NCBI GenBank assembly: GCA_965603825.1
Contig: CBFDEM010000051.1
Location: 186,001-250,000 of the forward strand
Source: Blepharisma stoltei ATCC 30299
Taxonomy: Eukaryota; Protista; Ciliophora
Direction of reading: 5' to 3'
Length of the DNA: 64,000 bases
Position 1 is the stretch's first letter. Each line of letters begins with the position of its first letter. Position numbers and translations under genes: made by a program. The notes beneath the pieces are model-generated. The model was not told the DNA's origin, ran no database searches, and saw only the letters and a program-made list of their open reading frames with translations. Below, piece by piece: positions 35,601 to 48,129 of the stretch.

Positions 35601-36949
35601 ATACTTCTAATAAGCTTGATGAACAAGGACAGAAAACAAATATAAAAAGTGTTGGAAAATTCAAAGGGCTTATTAGAGTCATAAAGGAGAAGAGCCGTCG
35701 GCGTGCTCAGGCAATGATGGAAGAAGAAGAGGACGAAATAGAGTCCAAAGAATTCGAAGAAATCGGGAAGCTTTTATTAACCAAAACAGAATGTGTCGTC
35801 AGAGTCTACATAATTCAAGCATTTGATTTAGAACAAAAAGACGTCAACTCTGCATCAGATCCATACCTAATCCTGAAATTAGGAAATAAAGTTATCAATC
35901 AAAGAGACAAATACCAGCTTGATGAGCCAAATCCAATTTTTAATGAAGTTTTTGAACTTAATACCACACTTCCTGGCGACTCTATCTTGAAAATCAAGCT
36001 AATGGACTATGACGATATTTTGTCAGACGATAAAATTGGGACCACAAAAATTGATTTAGAAGACCGCTTTTTTTCTAATAAATGGAAAGATTTGCCTTAT
36101 AAACCAATAGAAACCAGACCAATTTATGTGAAATCAAGCAGAAGACCACAAGGATATGTAAGATTATGGCTTGAAATATTTTCCTCTAAAAATAGAGATG
36201 AGCCATTAGATATTTCAGCAAAACCACCAGTCAAATATGAAGCAAGAGTTATTATTTGGAGAAGTGAAGATGTCCCTAACGGTGACCCTGAAGGAGTCAG
36301 CGACTTATATGTAAGAGCCTGGATCAATAATATGCCACCTAAAGAAACGGATACACATTATCGGTGTCAAAATGGTAGAGGGTCGTGGAACTGGAGACTA
36401 AAATTCCCCCTTGAGCTGAGCGGAAGATGCTGTAATATAATGAACCTCCAATTGTGGGACAGGGATTTCTTTTCCTCAAATGATATAATGGGTGATGCTA
36501 CTATCGATTTTAATGATATCGCTCAAGAAGCTTATGAGTCAGGAGGAAGGGTCAAGAAACTTGGATCTTCAGAAAATTGGCAGGATCGTGCTTTAAGAAG
36601 AGAAAATGAAAAATTCTGGGTTGAATTCAAAAAAACAAATCCAGAGACGGGGAAAAGCGAATACTCAGGAAAAGTTTTGATGTCGTTTGAGCTGGTTCCA
36701 GAACAAAGGGCTCTGTCATGTCCTGTAGGTGAAGGAAGATCTGAGCCTAATCTTGATCCATTTTTGCCTCCTCCAACAGGAAGGCTTGAGCTTTCTTGGA
36801 ACCCTGTAAAAATGGTCGGGCAGATGTGTGGGCCTGAATTCAAAACAAAAATCTGCCAAATGGTATGTGTCGTTCTATGCCTTCTGATGTGCATTTTCAT
36901 GTTCCCAATGATAATTTCCAATTCAATATCCAATATCATGTTTGGGTAA
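32636..36949 (+). CDS. Ferlin-family multi-C2-domain tail-anchored protein, ~1422 aa, three introns
   Basis: All ORF pieces in one frame; two TGA=Trp; three 15-nt introns; several C2 domains, 'ETDTHYR', 'GEGRSEPN', C-terminal TM helix. Confidence 0.92.
34400..34414 (+). other. 15-nt intron GTAAAGATTATTTAG
   Basis: Contains the in-frame TAG that interrupts the ferlin frame. Confidence 0.9.
34561..34575 (+). other. 15-nt intron GTAAATATTATACAG
   Basis: Phase-2; retention gives an in-frame TAA. Confidence 0.9.
34832..34846 (+). other. 15-nt intron GTAATCATTATTTAG
   Basis: Contains an in-frame TAG; removal continues the C2 domain 'PVLN|CTVHD'. Confidence 0.9.
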
Positions 36950-37491
36950 TAAAAATAAGCTCAAAATTATAAAATTAATTTTGAAATTAAAGAAATTCAT
37001 TTAAATATGTTAAAAACAAAATAGAGCATCAAAAATAAAATTAAGAATCAGAAAAAAATGCAGTTTAGGGTTAGAAATAGCACAAGCAAGGAATGAAAGA
37101 AGATTTGGCTTATTTGACACTGATTAGTAAGCATAGATGGTTAACATTTTTATATAAAAACTTAACTTTATAAGATCGTTAAAATTAAGGCATTTATAAG
37201 CATTATTAAATTATTTGAAATATCTAGCAAAAAATGCAAAATTTATCGATTTTTTGCTGAACAAATAAATCCCACTTTTAGATAGCAAATTCTTATTATA
37301 TTATATCTAATAGACCTTATATTTAATTTTACAGTTGTTAGTATAATCTCTTTAAGACTGCTTATGATAGGCTAATGCAAATTAATTTCCTTTGTAAAAG
37401 TTTTCATGTCCATTCGTATATATTTTTATACTCAGAATTAGATTAAATCAATATTTAAAATGGCAAACAGAAAATTATTCTATAAATAGCT

Positions 37492-37686
37492 TTAGTCTGT
37501 CGAGCTAGATGTTGAAGCGGGCGAGAGCTTTTGTCGAGCCATTCTTCTTTTATATAAAGGATTTTCGGATGGATGCTTAACAAAAATTATTCTATCTTCA
37601 CTATCAATGCTTTTTAATCATTTCCTACTTGCCTTAGGTATTTTGTATTTCTTATCAGAACTGCTTTTAAAAATGCATGCGCCCAT
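37492..37686 (-). CDS. Small basic protein (64 aa) with an N-terminal MGxC lipidation motif
   Basis: MGACIFKSSSDKKYKIPKASRK(W)LKSID...NPLYKRRMARQKLSPASTSSSTD, TAA stop; GC-richer island in AT-rich DNA; absent from the ORF track because of its TGA. Confidence 0.7.
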
Positions 37687-38157
37687 GTTACTTCCTAAAT
37701 TATTAAAGGCTTGGATCTCTTATATTGTGCCTAGTAAATGAACTTGCATTGAATATTAGCAAGCAAAATAAAAATGCATTTGGTATTTATTCTTAAGGAT
37801 AATCTAAAAAAAGAATGTCGCTAATAATTAAATTGAATTAATTTATCTTATAAATTTTAATTCTACTATGGTTCTTTATAAACGAGACTTATTTTTTTAG
37901 CTATTATTAAGCAGCGTATCTATACAAGATAGAAAATTCAAAGATAATATAATTTTGCTTCAGCATAATTATTGAATAATTCTCTCACATGAGATCTTAA
38001 ATCTATAGTAATTATTCCCTGTAAAAATAAAGTGCTATACTATTAAAAAATCCATTTATATTAGCTGACATACTAATATTTAAAAAGTTAGCAATTTAAA
38101 CAAAAGTAATAAATCAAATACTTAATTAAATTCAAAAATAAATCAACTTCAATGTAA

Positions 38158-38877
38158 ATGTCTAGACGGAGCAAAACTCCAGCACCTGAACTAAACAAAA
38201 GAATCTTTCACTACCTTAACAAAGTTCAAGGACTTGGCGTAAAAAATATATATCACGACTTAAGAGAGCACTCTGCAGCTTTAACAGAAAAATCAATCCG
38301 GCGTATTTATGATTTCGAAAAAGATCAACAGTCTTCTCCTCCCCGTCAAAAAATTAAGGTAAAACCGCTAGAAAAATTTATTCCCCTCCCTCCTGACTAT
38401 AAAGCAGGAAGACTTAAACCGATAACCCCTATAAGGAGTTCTGATGACAAAAACTTAATTTTTCACTCGAGGTATGGAAAACTGATTATCCCTAATAATG
38501 TGTATTCTGAGGCTTCTAAAGGATATCTTTCTCAAGACAAAGTTATTGATGATTTGAAGCTGAAAGAAACAAATGAAATCAATAATGTAATGAAAAGACT
38601 TGCGGATAGGCTTTATCCGAAGCCAAAATATACACTGAAAAAGAAGGTTAAACAGAAAATGCAGTCTGAGGATGTAAAAAATAGGCTTTATTCAACACTG
38701 AAGCCATTATCTATTACACCAAGTAATATGTCCCATAATTACGATAAGTACGATAATATTTTTGAGCTTGATTTATCATCACAAACAATCATGTCATCTA
38801 AGGAGCTGCTTGAGACTCCTGTAAGCAGGATTAAAAGAAACACACATAGGATTAACTGGGATTTTAAGCTCTTATAA
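38158..38877 (+). CDS. Uncharacterised basic protein (239 aa)
   Basis: Intact ORF from ATG to TAA. Confidence 0.75.
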   Translation: MSRRSKTPAPELNKRIFHYLNKVQGLGVKNIYHDLREHSAALTEKSIRRIYDFEKDQQSSPPRQKIKVKPLEKFIPLPPDYKAGRLKPITPIRSSDDKNLIFHSRYGKLIIPNNVYSEASKGYLSQDKVIDDLKLKETNEINNVMKRLADRLYPKPKYTLKKKVKQKMQSEDVKNRLYSTLKPLSITPSNMSHNYDKYDNIFELDLSSQTIMSSKELLETPVSRIKRNTHRINWDFKLL

Positions 38878-39025
38878 CGAATGAGAATTATATATTTATA
38901 TTATTAACTAAAGAAATAAAAATTTATTCACCAAATCTAATACTACAATATATTATGCATTAAAGGACCATACCTTTTCTATTATTTAAAATTGATTAAT
39001 GATAAATTAAATAAAAAATACTTAA

Positions 39026-40993
39026 ATGAGAGTTTTAATCGTAGACGGTTTTGCCGATAACCCCGAAAGCCGGCGCTCAGCCGCAATTTTCAAATCTTTA
39101 ATCCGCGAAGCTTTTACTCATCAGAAAATGTACAACGTCCAGGACATCGAATTTATAGAAGTAGATCGAGATTCAATCGACACTTATCTTTACGAACTCA
39201 ACACAGGCTATCTTAGCCGAGACGCAGAAAAGCTTTTTGACCATCTCGATTTTGTCTTCATAGACGGAGAATCCAACATGCTCCCTTGGCTTCGAAAAGC
39301 CAGAAAATTCCTCACATTAGTCCGAATGTGCAAAAGAACGAACAAAATCATGTTTGCATGTACTTTCGCTATGCAAATGCTCGTATATTTGTGCGCAACA
39401 AACTATAACATTGACAGAGTTATCAATGGGAAAGGCAAAGGCAGTTCTATAGCTGAAATAAATAAAATCCCAAAAGAAACTTTAAATAAATTGACATTAG
39501 GAGATGCATTTCTAGATAGCTCAACTGGAGATATCTATTGCTATGACCCTCATAGAGGAGAATTCTACCCAGTCTCAAACGCAGGGATCCATAATCACAA
39601 GGCTGCTCAAGAAAACGAAAAAGTTAGCAAAGCAATGATAAAATCTCATCAATATTGGGCCAAAAATTTCGATTCCCCTGATGACGTGTATATTGGAAAA
39701 TCCAGCGAAACCAAATGCAGGATTTTTAAACAATATGTGCAGCATTGGCTAGTAAAAGGGCTCGGCTTCAACGAATTTTTAGTCCCAAGCTTGAACCAAT
39801 GGGATGTCCATCCAGTAAATGCTACTATAAAAGGAAATGTATATACAGTTTTCGCAGAAAGTAGCAGAGGTCCTCAAATTATTGTTCACCGCAATGCAGT
39901 AGGTGTACAGTTTCATCCAAACCCTAAATATCCAGCTACCTTTACAGTACTGAAAAACTTTGTAATCCATATGATGTCAAGATTCCAAAATGAGACTGCT
40001 AAGCTTGATCTACCGCTTTCTATAGTCACAAAGGCTGGAGTTGGGATTAGTACAAGTATGGGAGCAATTAGTAGATTTTCGAGTGATAATGGGACCCTTA
40101 TGAATTCGCCTAGTACTATGGATATGAATAATACCTATGGGTTACGTGCAAACGAAGCAAAACATTCTGGGTTTGCTTTTTCTTTGAGAGGAGGTGAGCC
40201 GCTAACTGTAAAAATCAATGCGACGACCTCAGAAGCAATCAAACTTCAAGGATCGTCTCCTATGGGCTTGAGGCCTAAGAGTTCCAATATGGATAGCTTC
40301 GATTCACATAACTCTTCTGAGGTCAGTATATATAGCCATCACTCAATCAAGAGGAAAAATACTAATAAAAAAGTTGGATTTGCCAAAAAAGACTCAGTAA
40401 CCACAAGAGAAAATCCAATACTAGATGATAGAATTATAAAGCCAATCCAGTCAGAATATATCAATACTTTAGGTGCAGATTTCATTGAATCTCTGCCTAC
40501 AGCCTGAAAAAGTAAAAAAGAAATCAGGTCATTTTTGCACCCTGGGTATGATATAGGAAATATGCCTAAAAAAGGAAATATTATGAATGGGCAAAATCTC
40601 ACGCTGGCAAGGAATGATTTTGAGTACTATGAAAAGCCACTTGTTAAAATTGTGATGTCACCTAGGCCTTATTGTAGATATAACAAAGAATTCAAAGGAA
40701 CGGAAACTGACACTTTTGCAAAAACTCGGACATCAAGCTTTGTTAATTTAGGAAATACGATAAGAAATGATGGGAGTCCATTTATTGAGCCTGACAAGAG
40801 AAAGATTCAGGAAGAGATAAAAGATAAAGAAAAATGGGTAGCAAAATCTGACTTCAGTAGAGTGTTTTCTGCAAGCCAAGGAGTAAGGCCAGTTGGCTAT
40901 AATTCTCCTTCTACTCCTTACTATGAACACAAATTTCGAGATGAGGACAAAACTAAATGGATATATGGAGCTTTCAAAACTGCAAGCTATTAA
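39026..40993 (+). CDS. Class I glutamine amidotransferase-like domain protein with long C-terminal tail, ~655 aa
   Basis: TGA at 40505 joins the ORFs; 'MRVLIVD', 'MFACTFAMQML', 'GVQFHP'. Confidence 0.8.
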
Positions 40994-41100
40994 TAATGAT
41001 ATTTGCGTTATTCTATTGTAATTAAGAAGTTTATTAATAAAAATATTCAAGATTATTTTATTAGCAGTTTTTTTTAAGCACTTTAAAAATTTAAATCAAA

Positions 41101-42147
41101 ATGGGAAACCTCAAAAGTGCTTTATGCAGCTGCAATAATATATCTGAAGAAGAAAATGTTCGCTACAGCGTCCATCTAAGCTCTGAAGACATGATAATTA
41201 ACGACTTAAAAATAGAGCGCCCACAAAAACAAAAAAGTAAACTAAAATCCAATTTTGTAAATATAAAATCTGCTGCAAGAGGTTACCTAGATAGAAAATC
41301 ATTACAAGAACTAAAATATAAAACCAATTTAACTGACATACAAAACTCTGAACCAATAGAACATTCTAAATATCAAAATTTCTCCCAAAATAAAATAATA
41401 ATTGGAAAAGAAGTTTTACATCCAATAGAAGACAGTTCAATAGAATGAGTAAAAGAAGTAAAAATTGAAGACGGGACCTATACAGGACAAATGAAAAACC
41501 ATAAAAGACATGGGTTCGGAAGCTTTAAAAAAGAGGAATCGGTTTATGATGGAATGTGAAATAACGACAAGGTAAATGGACTTGGACGAATAAGCCATCT
41601 TGAAGGAGGCTTATATGAAGGAGAATGAAATAATGGTATAATAGAAGGCAAAGGAAAATTCATCCATGAAGATGGCTCAAAATATGATGGAGATTTTAAA
41701 AATAACACCCCTCATGGATTTGGCACTGAAATATGGCCAGATGGATCGAAGTATAAAGGAGATTATAAAAATGGTATTAAAAACGGGAAAGGAGTTTTGT
41801 ATTTTGCTGCTGGAGCGATGTATGAAGGAGATTTTCAGAATAACGAAATATCAGGGATAGGCACTTATTATTGGCCAGATGGAAAGAAGTACAATGGTGA
41901 GTGAAAATCAAATAAAATGCATGGAAAAGGGAAAATGACTTGGCCTGATGGCCAATGGTATGAAGGAAGCTATATTAATGACCGAAAAGAAGGAACTGGG
42001 ACTTTCAAATGGGCCAATGGGAAAATTTATATAGGAGAATGGAAAAATGGCAAGCAAAATGGAATCGGCTGTGTGATAAAACCAGACGGGAAAAAGCGGA
42101 ATGCCGAATTTGTAGACGGAACTTGATTTAGGTGGATTGATAATTAA
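41101..42147 (+). CDS. MORN-repeat protein with N-terminal MG/Cys lipidation signal and IQ-like motif, ~348 aa
   Basis: Repeats 'Y.G.(W/F).N....G.G'; five TGA=Trp, several at MORN Trp positions; TAA 42145-42147. Confidence 0.9.
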
Positions 42148-42677
42148 ACCTTAATTAAAGTTTTTATGTTGAAGTAAAATAGAATTGCGTTGTTGATAAA
42201 AGTCAAAGCAAATCCTGGAGCACGCAGCGGTGGGATATTTAAAAAGACCCCTAAGTAGTACCCAACTGTAAAAATAGCTCTGGCACCTATATAAACGAGC
42301 GTAACTAGCACCAATCTTTCATTATCAAGCCCATTTGCATGTGCAGCTAATAAGTTGATGATAAATAAGAAATTTTCCTCTAAAGTGTTTTGCAAAATCT
42401 TTTTCGATGTAATTAAAAATACACTTTCCGTGCCTCTAACAGTGTCACCAGCTGCTGTGAATAGTCTGCACATCATTATCACAAGGATATTAAGAAACAT
42501 TATAACTGTGCTGAGCGCACAGCATTTCGCTGCCAATTCCCAGGTTCTAGACGACTTCAAGTATTGTGATGGAATAATCTTTTCTGTAGTTCATACTCGC
42601 TGAAAGAAAATAGCACTTAATCCGACTACTGTTGAAAGAAAAATCAATTTTACGAATACAGGCGGCTCCTTTCCCAT
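42144..42677 (-). CDS. MAPEG-family membrane protein, ~177 aa
   Basis: ATG 42677, one TGA=Trp; 'LQNTLE', 'YIGARAIFTVGY'. Confidence 0.8.
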
Positions 42678-42778
42678 TATAAAATATGTTGATGTTAATA
42701 GAAATTAATTCAACGAAGATTGACAAATTATTAAAATTGTGAGTATAAAATATAAGTAAATTATTATGTTTTAACAAA

Positions 42779-43462
42779 CTATCGAATTGGATACACATAG
42801 CCAACTAATATGCCTAGAAAAAGAGCAATAATGAAATAAAGATTAGAATTGTCTGATGTAGACTGCACAGTAAGTCTTTGAGTAATTCCTTCTTCTCTTT
42901 GAATTTCATCTTTTAGATACTTCAATTTATTTTCAAAATTATTTTGCTTCAATTCTAGCTCGGTATTAAACTCAGTTAGCTTTTCCACTTCGTTTTTAAG
43001 TATTTTCAATGCATCAATTTTAATCATGTTTTCAGAGTCTTTTTCATTTTTTTCCATATTTTGAGCTTGTTTTTCCTTGCCGTCTTTAATTCTCACATAA
43101 AGTTTAGCTTTGAGTGCTTCCCCTTTAGAATTTTCTCATAAACCATTAAAATCTTGTGGAGAATAGTGGTAAGGGCCCAACTTAGTCTGAAGCACTTGAA
43201 CTAGAAATCTATGAGTCACTTCACCAGGGTACTCAGGAGTCGGATTCATAACGATCTGAATAACTTTGGTTTCATCAGGGAGTAAAATTCCTTGATTTGG
43301 CCTGACTAAATAAGATTTAGGAGCTGTAGTTCGAACTTTAAATGCTAATTGCTGAGTTGAAATATTTTTAATGTTAATATTGGAAATGATTGTTGCATTT
43401 TTTATGTATTCGAATTCAAGCTCCCGGTTAGGATCAATCATAAAAGCAACTTTATCTTTCAT
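42779..43462 (-). CDS. VAP: VAMP-associated protein (MSP domain, coiled coil, C-terminal TM)
   Basis: 'AFKVRTTAPKSYLVRPNQG', 'HRFLVQ', TGA=Trp at 43136, tail anchor; start could be 43492. Confidence 0.9.
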
Positions 43463-43709
43463 TTTAGGATAAAATAATCTATTAATTATCATTCATTATA
43501 TTTAGACCATAAACTTTCTGATCAGAATTTTTTCTCATTAGAGCAAAATTACAGACCGTTTATAAAATTTATTAAAAGTAATGATAGATGAAATTAAAAT
43601 AATAATTTTTCTTGGGTTATTATATGATACAAAATAATGAATAAATATAATACGCGCATACTTAATGCCTGCAAAAGAAAACAAAAGCAATTTCAAAGTT
43701 AAATATCAA

Positions 43710-46025
43710 TTAATTTTGGATATTTTTTCTTAGCCTTGATTTCAGTCTTGTTTGAGGCACATTTTGCTGCTTATATTTGCATTCATCGCAGTACCAATCT
43801 TCTTTTGGCACTTTAGTAAGCCCTAAGCATTCAGGATGAACAACTTTTGGGCATGTCTCACAGCAAATTAATCTTCCACCATCATCACAAAAATAACAGC
43901 TATCTCCATGCTTAATATCTTCTTCCGAATTGCTGCTTTCAACATCAACATTTTTAACTTCAGATCTTAAAACCCTCTTTTCTTCTTGCTTCGCTTTTTT
44001 CTTTACTTCTGCCTCATTACTTGCTGCTTCATTCTTTTTTTCAATATACAAATTAAGTACCTTTTGATAAATCCCAATGACCAAGGCTAATTGTCCTAAC
44101 GTTGTAATTGACTGCGTGAGGTTTTCCCATAGCTGATAATAATCCCCAAAATCCTGCCATATTCTAATAGTGACTTTACGATACTTTTTTGTATATACTT
44201 GCTCTTCGTCAGAATCTTGGCTTTGATCACTAGAAGAAGAGCTCAATTTCAAAGGAGAAGTTGACTTCTGCGAATGCTCTAGCAATAAACTTGCAAGAGC
44301 TGAAGGATCTTCAGCTTTACTGACTTCTTCTTTTCACTCTTCAACTCTTTCATAATTTTCCCATAATTTTCCACTTTTTTTTAGATGCCTTGTGAACTTC
44401 TTTTCTATACTTAAAAGCATTTTCTTTAATATTTCAATTGTGCAGTCTTCATTTTTAAAGCTGCTTTCTTTATTTACATAATTTTCAGCTCCTCCTTTAG
44501 ACTGAGGTTTTATATCTTCACTAGAAGTAGAAGAATCGTCTCCATTGATAAGTTTAAGCTTCCTTTTGCCCTTATTGATTCCTTCGATTAATTTATGTTC
44601 TCTAATGCCTTTTGGGCATAAGCATTGAAGCAATTGGTCAAGGCTGCTAGACCGAGTATAGCTATACCAATGCCCTGACTCTTTAGTCTTAACTGAAGAG
44701 TTTTCTTCAATTGGGCTAATCATTTTTACATACAAATTTTTAGGATCCCATTCAAAGATATAGTACTCATTATAATCTCTATCTAGGCCAACTGGATTTG
44801 TTCTTAAGCGAATTGATTCAAGTTTCCTGTTTAGCTCTTCTATTTTATTTTGTGTTTTTTGAATTTTTTCTGCTATACTTGCTGCTTTTCTTGTAGCAGC
44901 AAGCCCATTTATTTCAGGTAGCGTTGCTTCATTATCTTTTATAGTCGCATTTAGCTTGGTTTTTTGTTTAATTAGTTCGCCTTTTGCTTCTAATCTTCTA
45001 GCGAGCTCTTCATGCATTTCTTTTACATCAAATAAGCAGTTAATAAGCAGCAGAATAACCCCGATTTTTTCTTTATAGCTGCATTTGAAGTAATTTGTTT
45101 CTAAGTCAGATTTATTTTGATCAGAAAAAAACAAATCCATTATACGTTCGTCTGCGTAGTCCTTGAAAATCGGAAGATGTATGAGTTCATCTAATAGTGG
45201 AAGCCAGGAAAAGGGCAAAAATTCATTTAATTCAAAAAATTCAGATAATTGTGCGGCTGAATATAAAAATCTGCTATCTTCATTTAGGATTTCGTAAGTG
45301 TTTTCTCTTGATAAAACATGCCCAATAAGAAAACTGATAAGAGCCATATGAAGTTCTTTGATAAGTGGAGTTTGGGAATTTGAATTTGCAGCATAAAATA
45401 GCTGATCTACAGTGAATGGGGTAACTTTTAGCATTTTCCCAAAATTGTATACGAAGTCGACAATAAAGAACAAGTCCCCAACATCTTCAATAGGGTAAAT
45501 AGGTTGAGGTAGCGGGAGTGGAGGCGGCAAAGGGGTTTGGGACAGTTCGCATTCTTTTTGAATTAGCTCATCTGCAATTGGGTACTGTATTTTACCCTGT
45601 TTCACATATTCTGGATACTTCTTTTCAAACCACCGCACTGTTATATCGTTTTGCTCAATATTCACTTTTCCTGAAAAATGCTTGAGTTTTGATTCCTTAT
45701 GATGTTTCTCGCTTTTTTCTAATTTTGTGTACTCATCTTTGAGCTTCTTCTCCATAAACTGGACACAATACGGACAAAATCAAGTTCCCGCTGGAATATC
45801 CTGTTCCTGCATATTGGCACAATGTAAGTGATAAGACCTAGAGCAGTGCCCGCACATTATTAGACTTCCACCGTCTTTGCATACTTTGCAGTATGGATTA
45901 TTCCCTTCTCTAAAGCAAGGAGCTCCTACTGCTTTTAGTTTCGCATCTCTAAGTTTTTTGTTGCCTCGATTACCCAATTTTTGTTGTTGAATGGACTCGG
46001 TTTTCTTTTCAAGATTTTTTACCAT
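43710..46025 (-). CDS. PHD-DDT-WHIM/WSD-PHD chromatin protein (BAZ1/ACF1-like ISWI partner), ~771 aa
   Basis: PHD 'CKVC..C..C...H..C...(W)FCPYC'; DDT 'GDLFFIVDFVYNFGKML'; 'GLDRDYNEYY'; WSD 'LCPKGIRE..L'; C-terminal PHD; start uncertain. Confidence 0.85.
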
Positions 46026-46370
46026 AATTCTCACTTCTGGCTAACAAGATAAATTATGGCCTCTCAATGGCAGTTCAAACAAAACCCAAATTAAAATGTC
46101 AATTAAATATAAATTTGAATAAAAGACTAAAAATGGAGATATATATTTGCCCACACTTCATCTTTTTAATTTTCATTTTTTTCCAAACCAAGATGGTCAG
46201 GGGATTTTATAAATTGTTTTTATAAATTGGCAAACTGTAAGGATATTATTTTGTAGGTAAAAAGAAGGTATTAATATTTATTTGAAAAAAATTATAATAG
46301 CAATTACTATTTAGATAAATTTTCAGCCTATGAAAATTATTCTTAAATATATTTAAATTACTTATTTGCT

Positions 46371-47798
46371 CTATAATGATTTCTTAAAGAAGATCAGACA
46401 TACAGGAATCTTTATCAAAAATTCAATCCACGTCAAATAAACAGTCCAATACTTTAATCCGCCATCAGGATTTTCAGGTGCTTCCCAGTCAGAATTTGTT
46501 CATAGCCACAATAAATCAAAACACTCAGAAGCAGCTATTGCAATGGCTAAACTTCTATATCTTTCAGAACTCTCTTCAAGAATCACCCAATAATAAGCTG
46601 CTGCTAATCCAATTGTTAAGTTTAAAAAATCAGGTTTCTCGAAAGAGGCCAAAATACTAATAAATATAAAAATGCCAGCCGCTATAATAGATGCATGGCT
46701 TTTTTCTGCCATTTTTCCAATCAGCCCGCCAGTTATTATATCTGCCTGAGCTGTAATTCTTTGTCCAATTACAGCTTCAATATTAGGAGACTGCGGCCGA
46801 CTTTCACCAGGCGACATAATCCAATCATTGGCATTTACTAAATTTCCAAACGGCTTTCTGAGTTTTTCTAGCTGCTCTTCAAGACTGGTGATCTCTTCTT
46901 TGTCCATAGCAATATGCTCAACCCATTGATTTACAAGGTCTTCTAAGTATTTAGCTCTGCTCCAGATCCATTGGAGTCCAAGATGCACTCTACCCTGCCA
47001 TCTATCTTTAGGATTTTTATCATGAAGCTGGAAGAATTGATCATGCTTCATTTGGTCCTTTAAAAGACTCAGCGGAATCATAACTTCTCCTTCAAAATCA
47101 TCTTTTCCTATTGTGTCATGGTCCATCACAGTGATTTTCAGCTCCGCATCAGGCTTCTGGATATTAAAAGTAAACTCTTCATCCCATTTCGGATTCAGCT
47201 CTGCTTCAATATATCTCGTTTGCGCAGTATTCCCATCACATTCCAAAATAACATACGGATCAGAAGCTCCATTTGTGTCCATAGGTATTAAATCTTGTCC
47301 TGCAATAACATTGACAGTAAGAATGCTTCCTTTCATGATTCCATACTGGTTCATTTGTTCAACCGCTCTTGCTTGGACCATTTTTTTCTTGCATTCTTCC
47401 ATTTGTTTAGCTTTGTCTTGTATTTGTTTTTTGAGTTCCTTAATTCTCTTCATGATAATGTCTTCAGCGTCTACATAGGACCATAAGAATTCCTGGGTTG
47501 TTACAATTGAGTCATGATTTTTGTCCATTTTGGCGAAAAGTTCGTGACATAAATTTTCGTCGAAATCTGAGCCTTGTCGCCTGGATAAAAATTCGAAAAT
47601 TTCGTCAAAGGTCAGCTGCTTATCGCCGTCTTTGTCGATTTCGTTGAATTCTTGCATTAATTGTTGGTAGCGATCTTGCATTAGCCCAGTGATAGGTGAA
47701 GTCCCAACTGAGAGCCTAGTTCTTCCTAGTGAAGAGGCAACTAGAGGAGTTGCAGTGTTGAAGACAGATTTTGGAACTTCTAGGAAAGATCCACTCAT
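46371..47798 (-). CDS. EF-hand pair, C2 domain and C-terminal multi-TM protein
   Basis: 'DKDGDKQLTFDE', 'DKNHDSIVTTQE', C2 'MDTNGASDPYV..NPKWDEEF'; TGA at 46500 read through to TAG at 46371-46373. Confidence 0.85.
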
Positions 47799-48129
47799 GT
47801 GATATTTATTATTAAGGCATTAAGATATGGAATAAGCAAAATTTAAAAGCTGTTTTTGAATTAAAGAGGAGATAGAGTAGTTATTTTCGAAATTTAAAGT
47901 GCTAGGAATGAAAAATAAAACTTGATGCGCGCAAAAAGCACGAGTAAATGTAAGGATTTATAAAATTTTAATAAAATAATTATTTGTGTTAAATATTAAT
48001 GGAGAAGAGGAATCCAGTAGCTATAAAAAATTTGATCAAATTAACGCCAAATAAGAATAAAATTTATATTTGGAATTGTTCTATATTTTAAAAATGAAGA
48101 AGCTATATGTTAAGAAAATATGAATTAAA

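Noticed and set aside
42124-42126. Context-dependent code in which UGA near the 3' end is a stop
   Set aside because: TGAs 7 and 13 codons before TAA (42124, 14653) are followed by plausible C-termini, and no gene needs TGA as a stop. Not fully excluded without ribosome profiling
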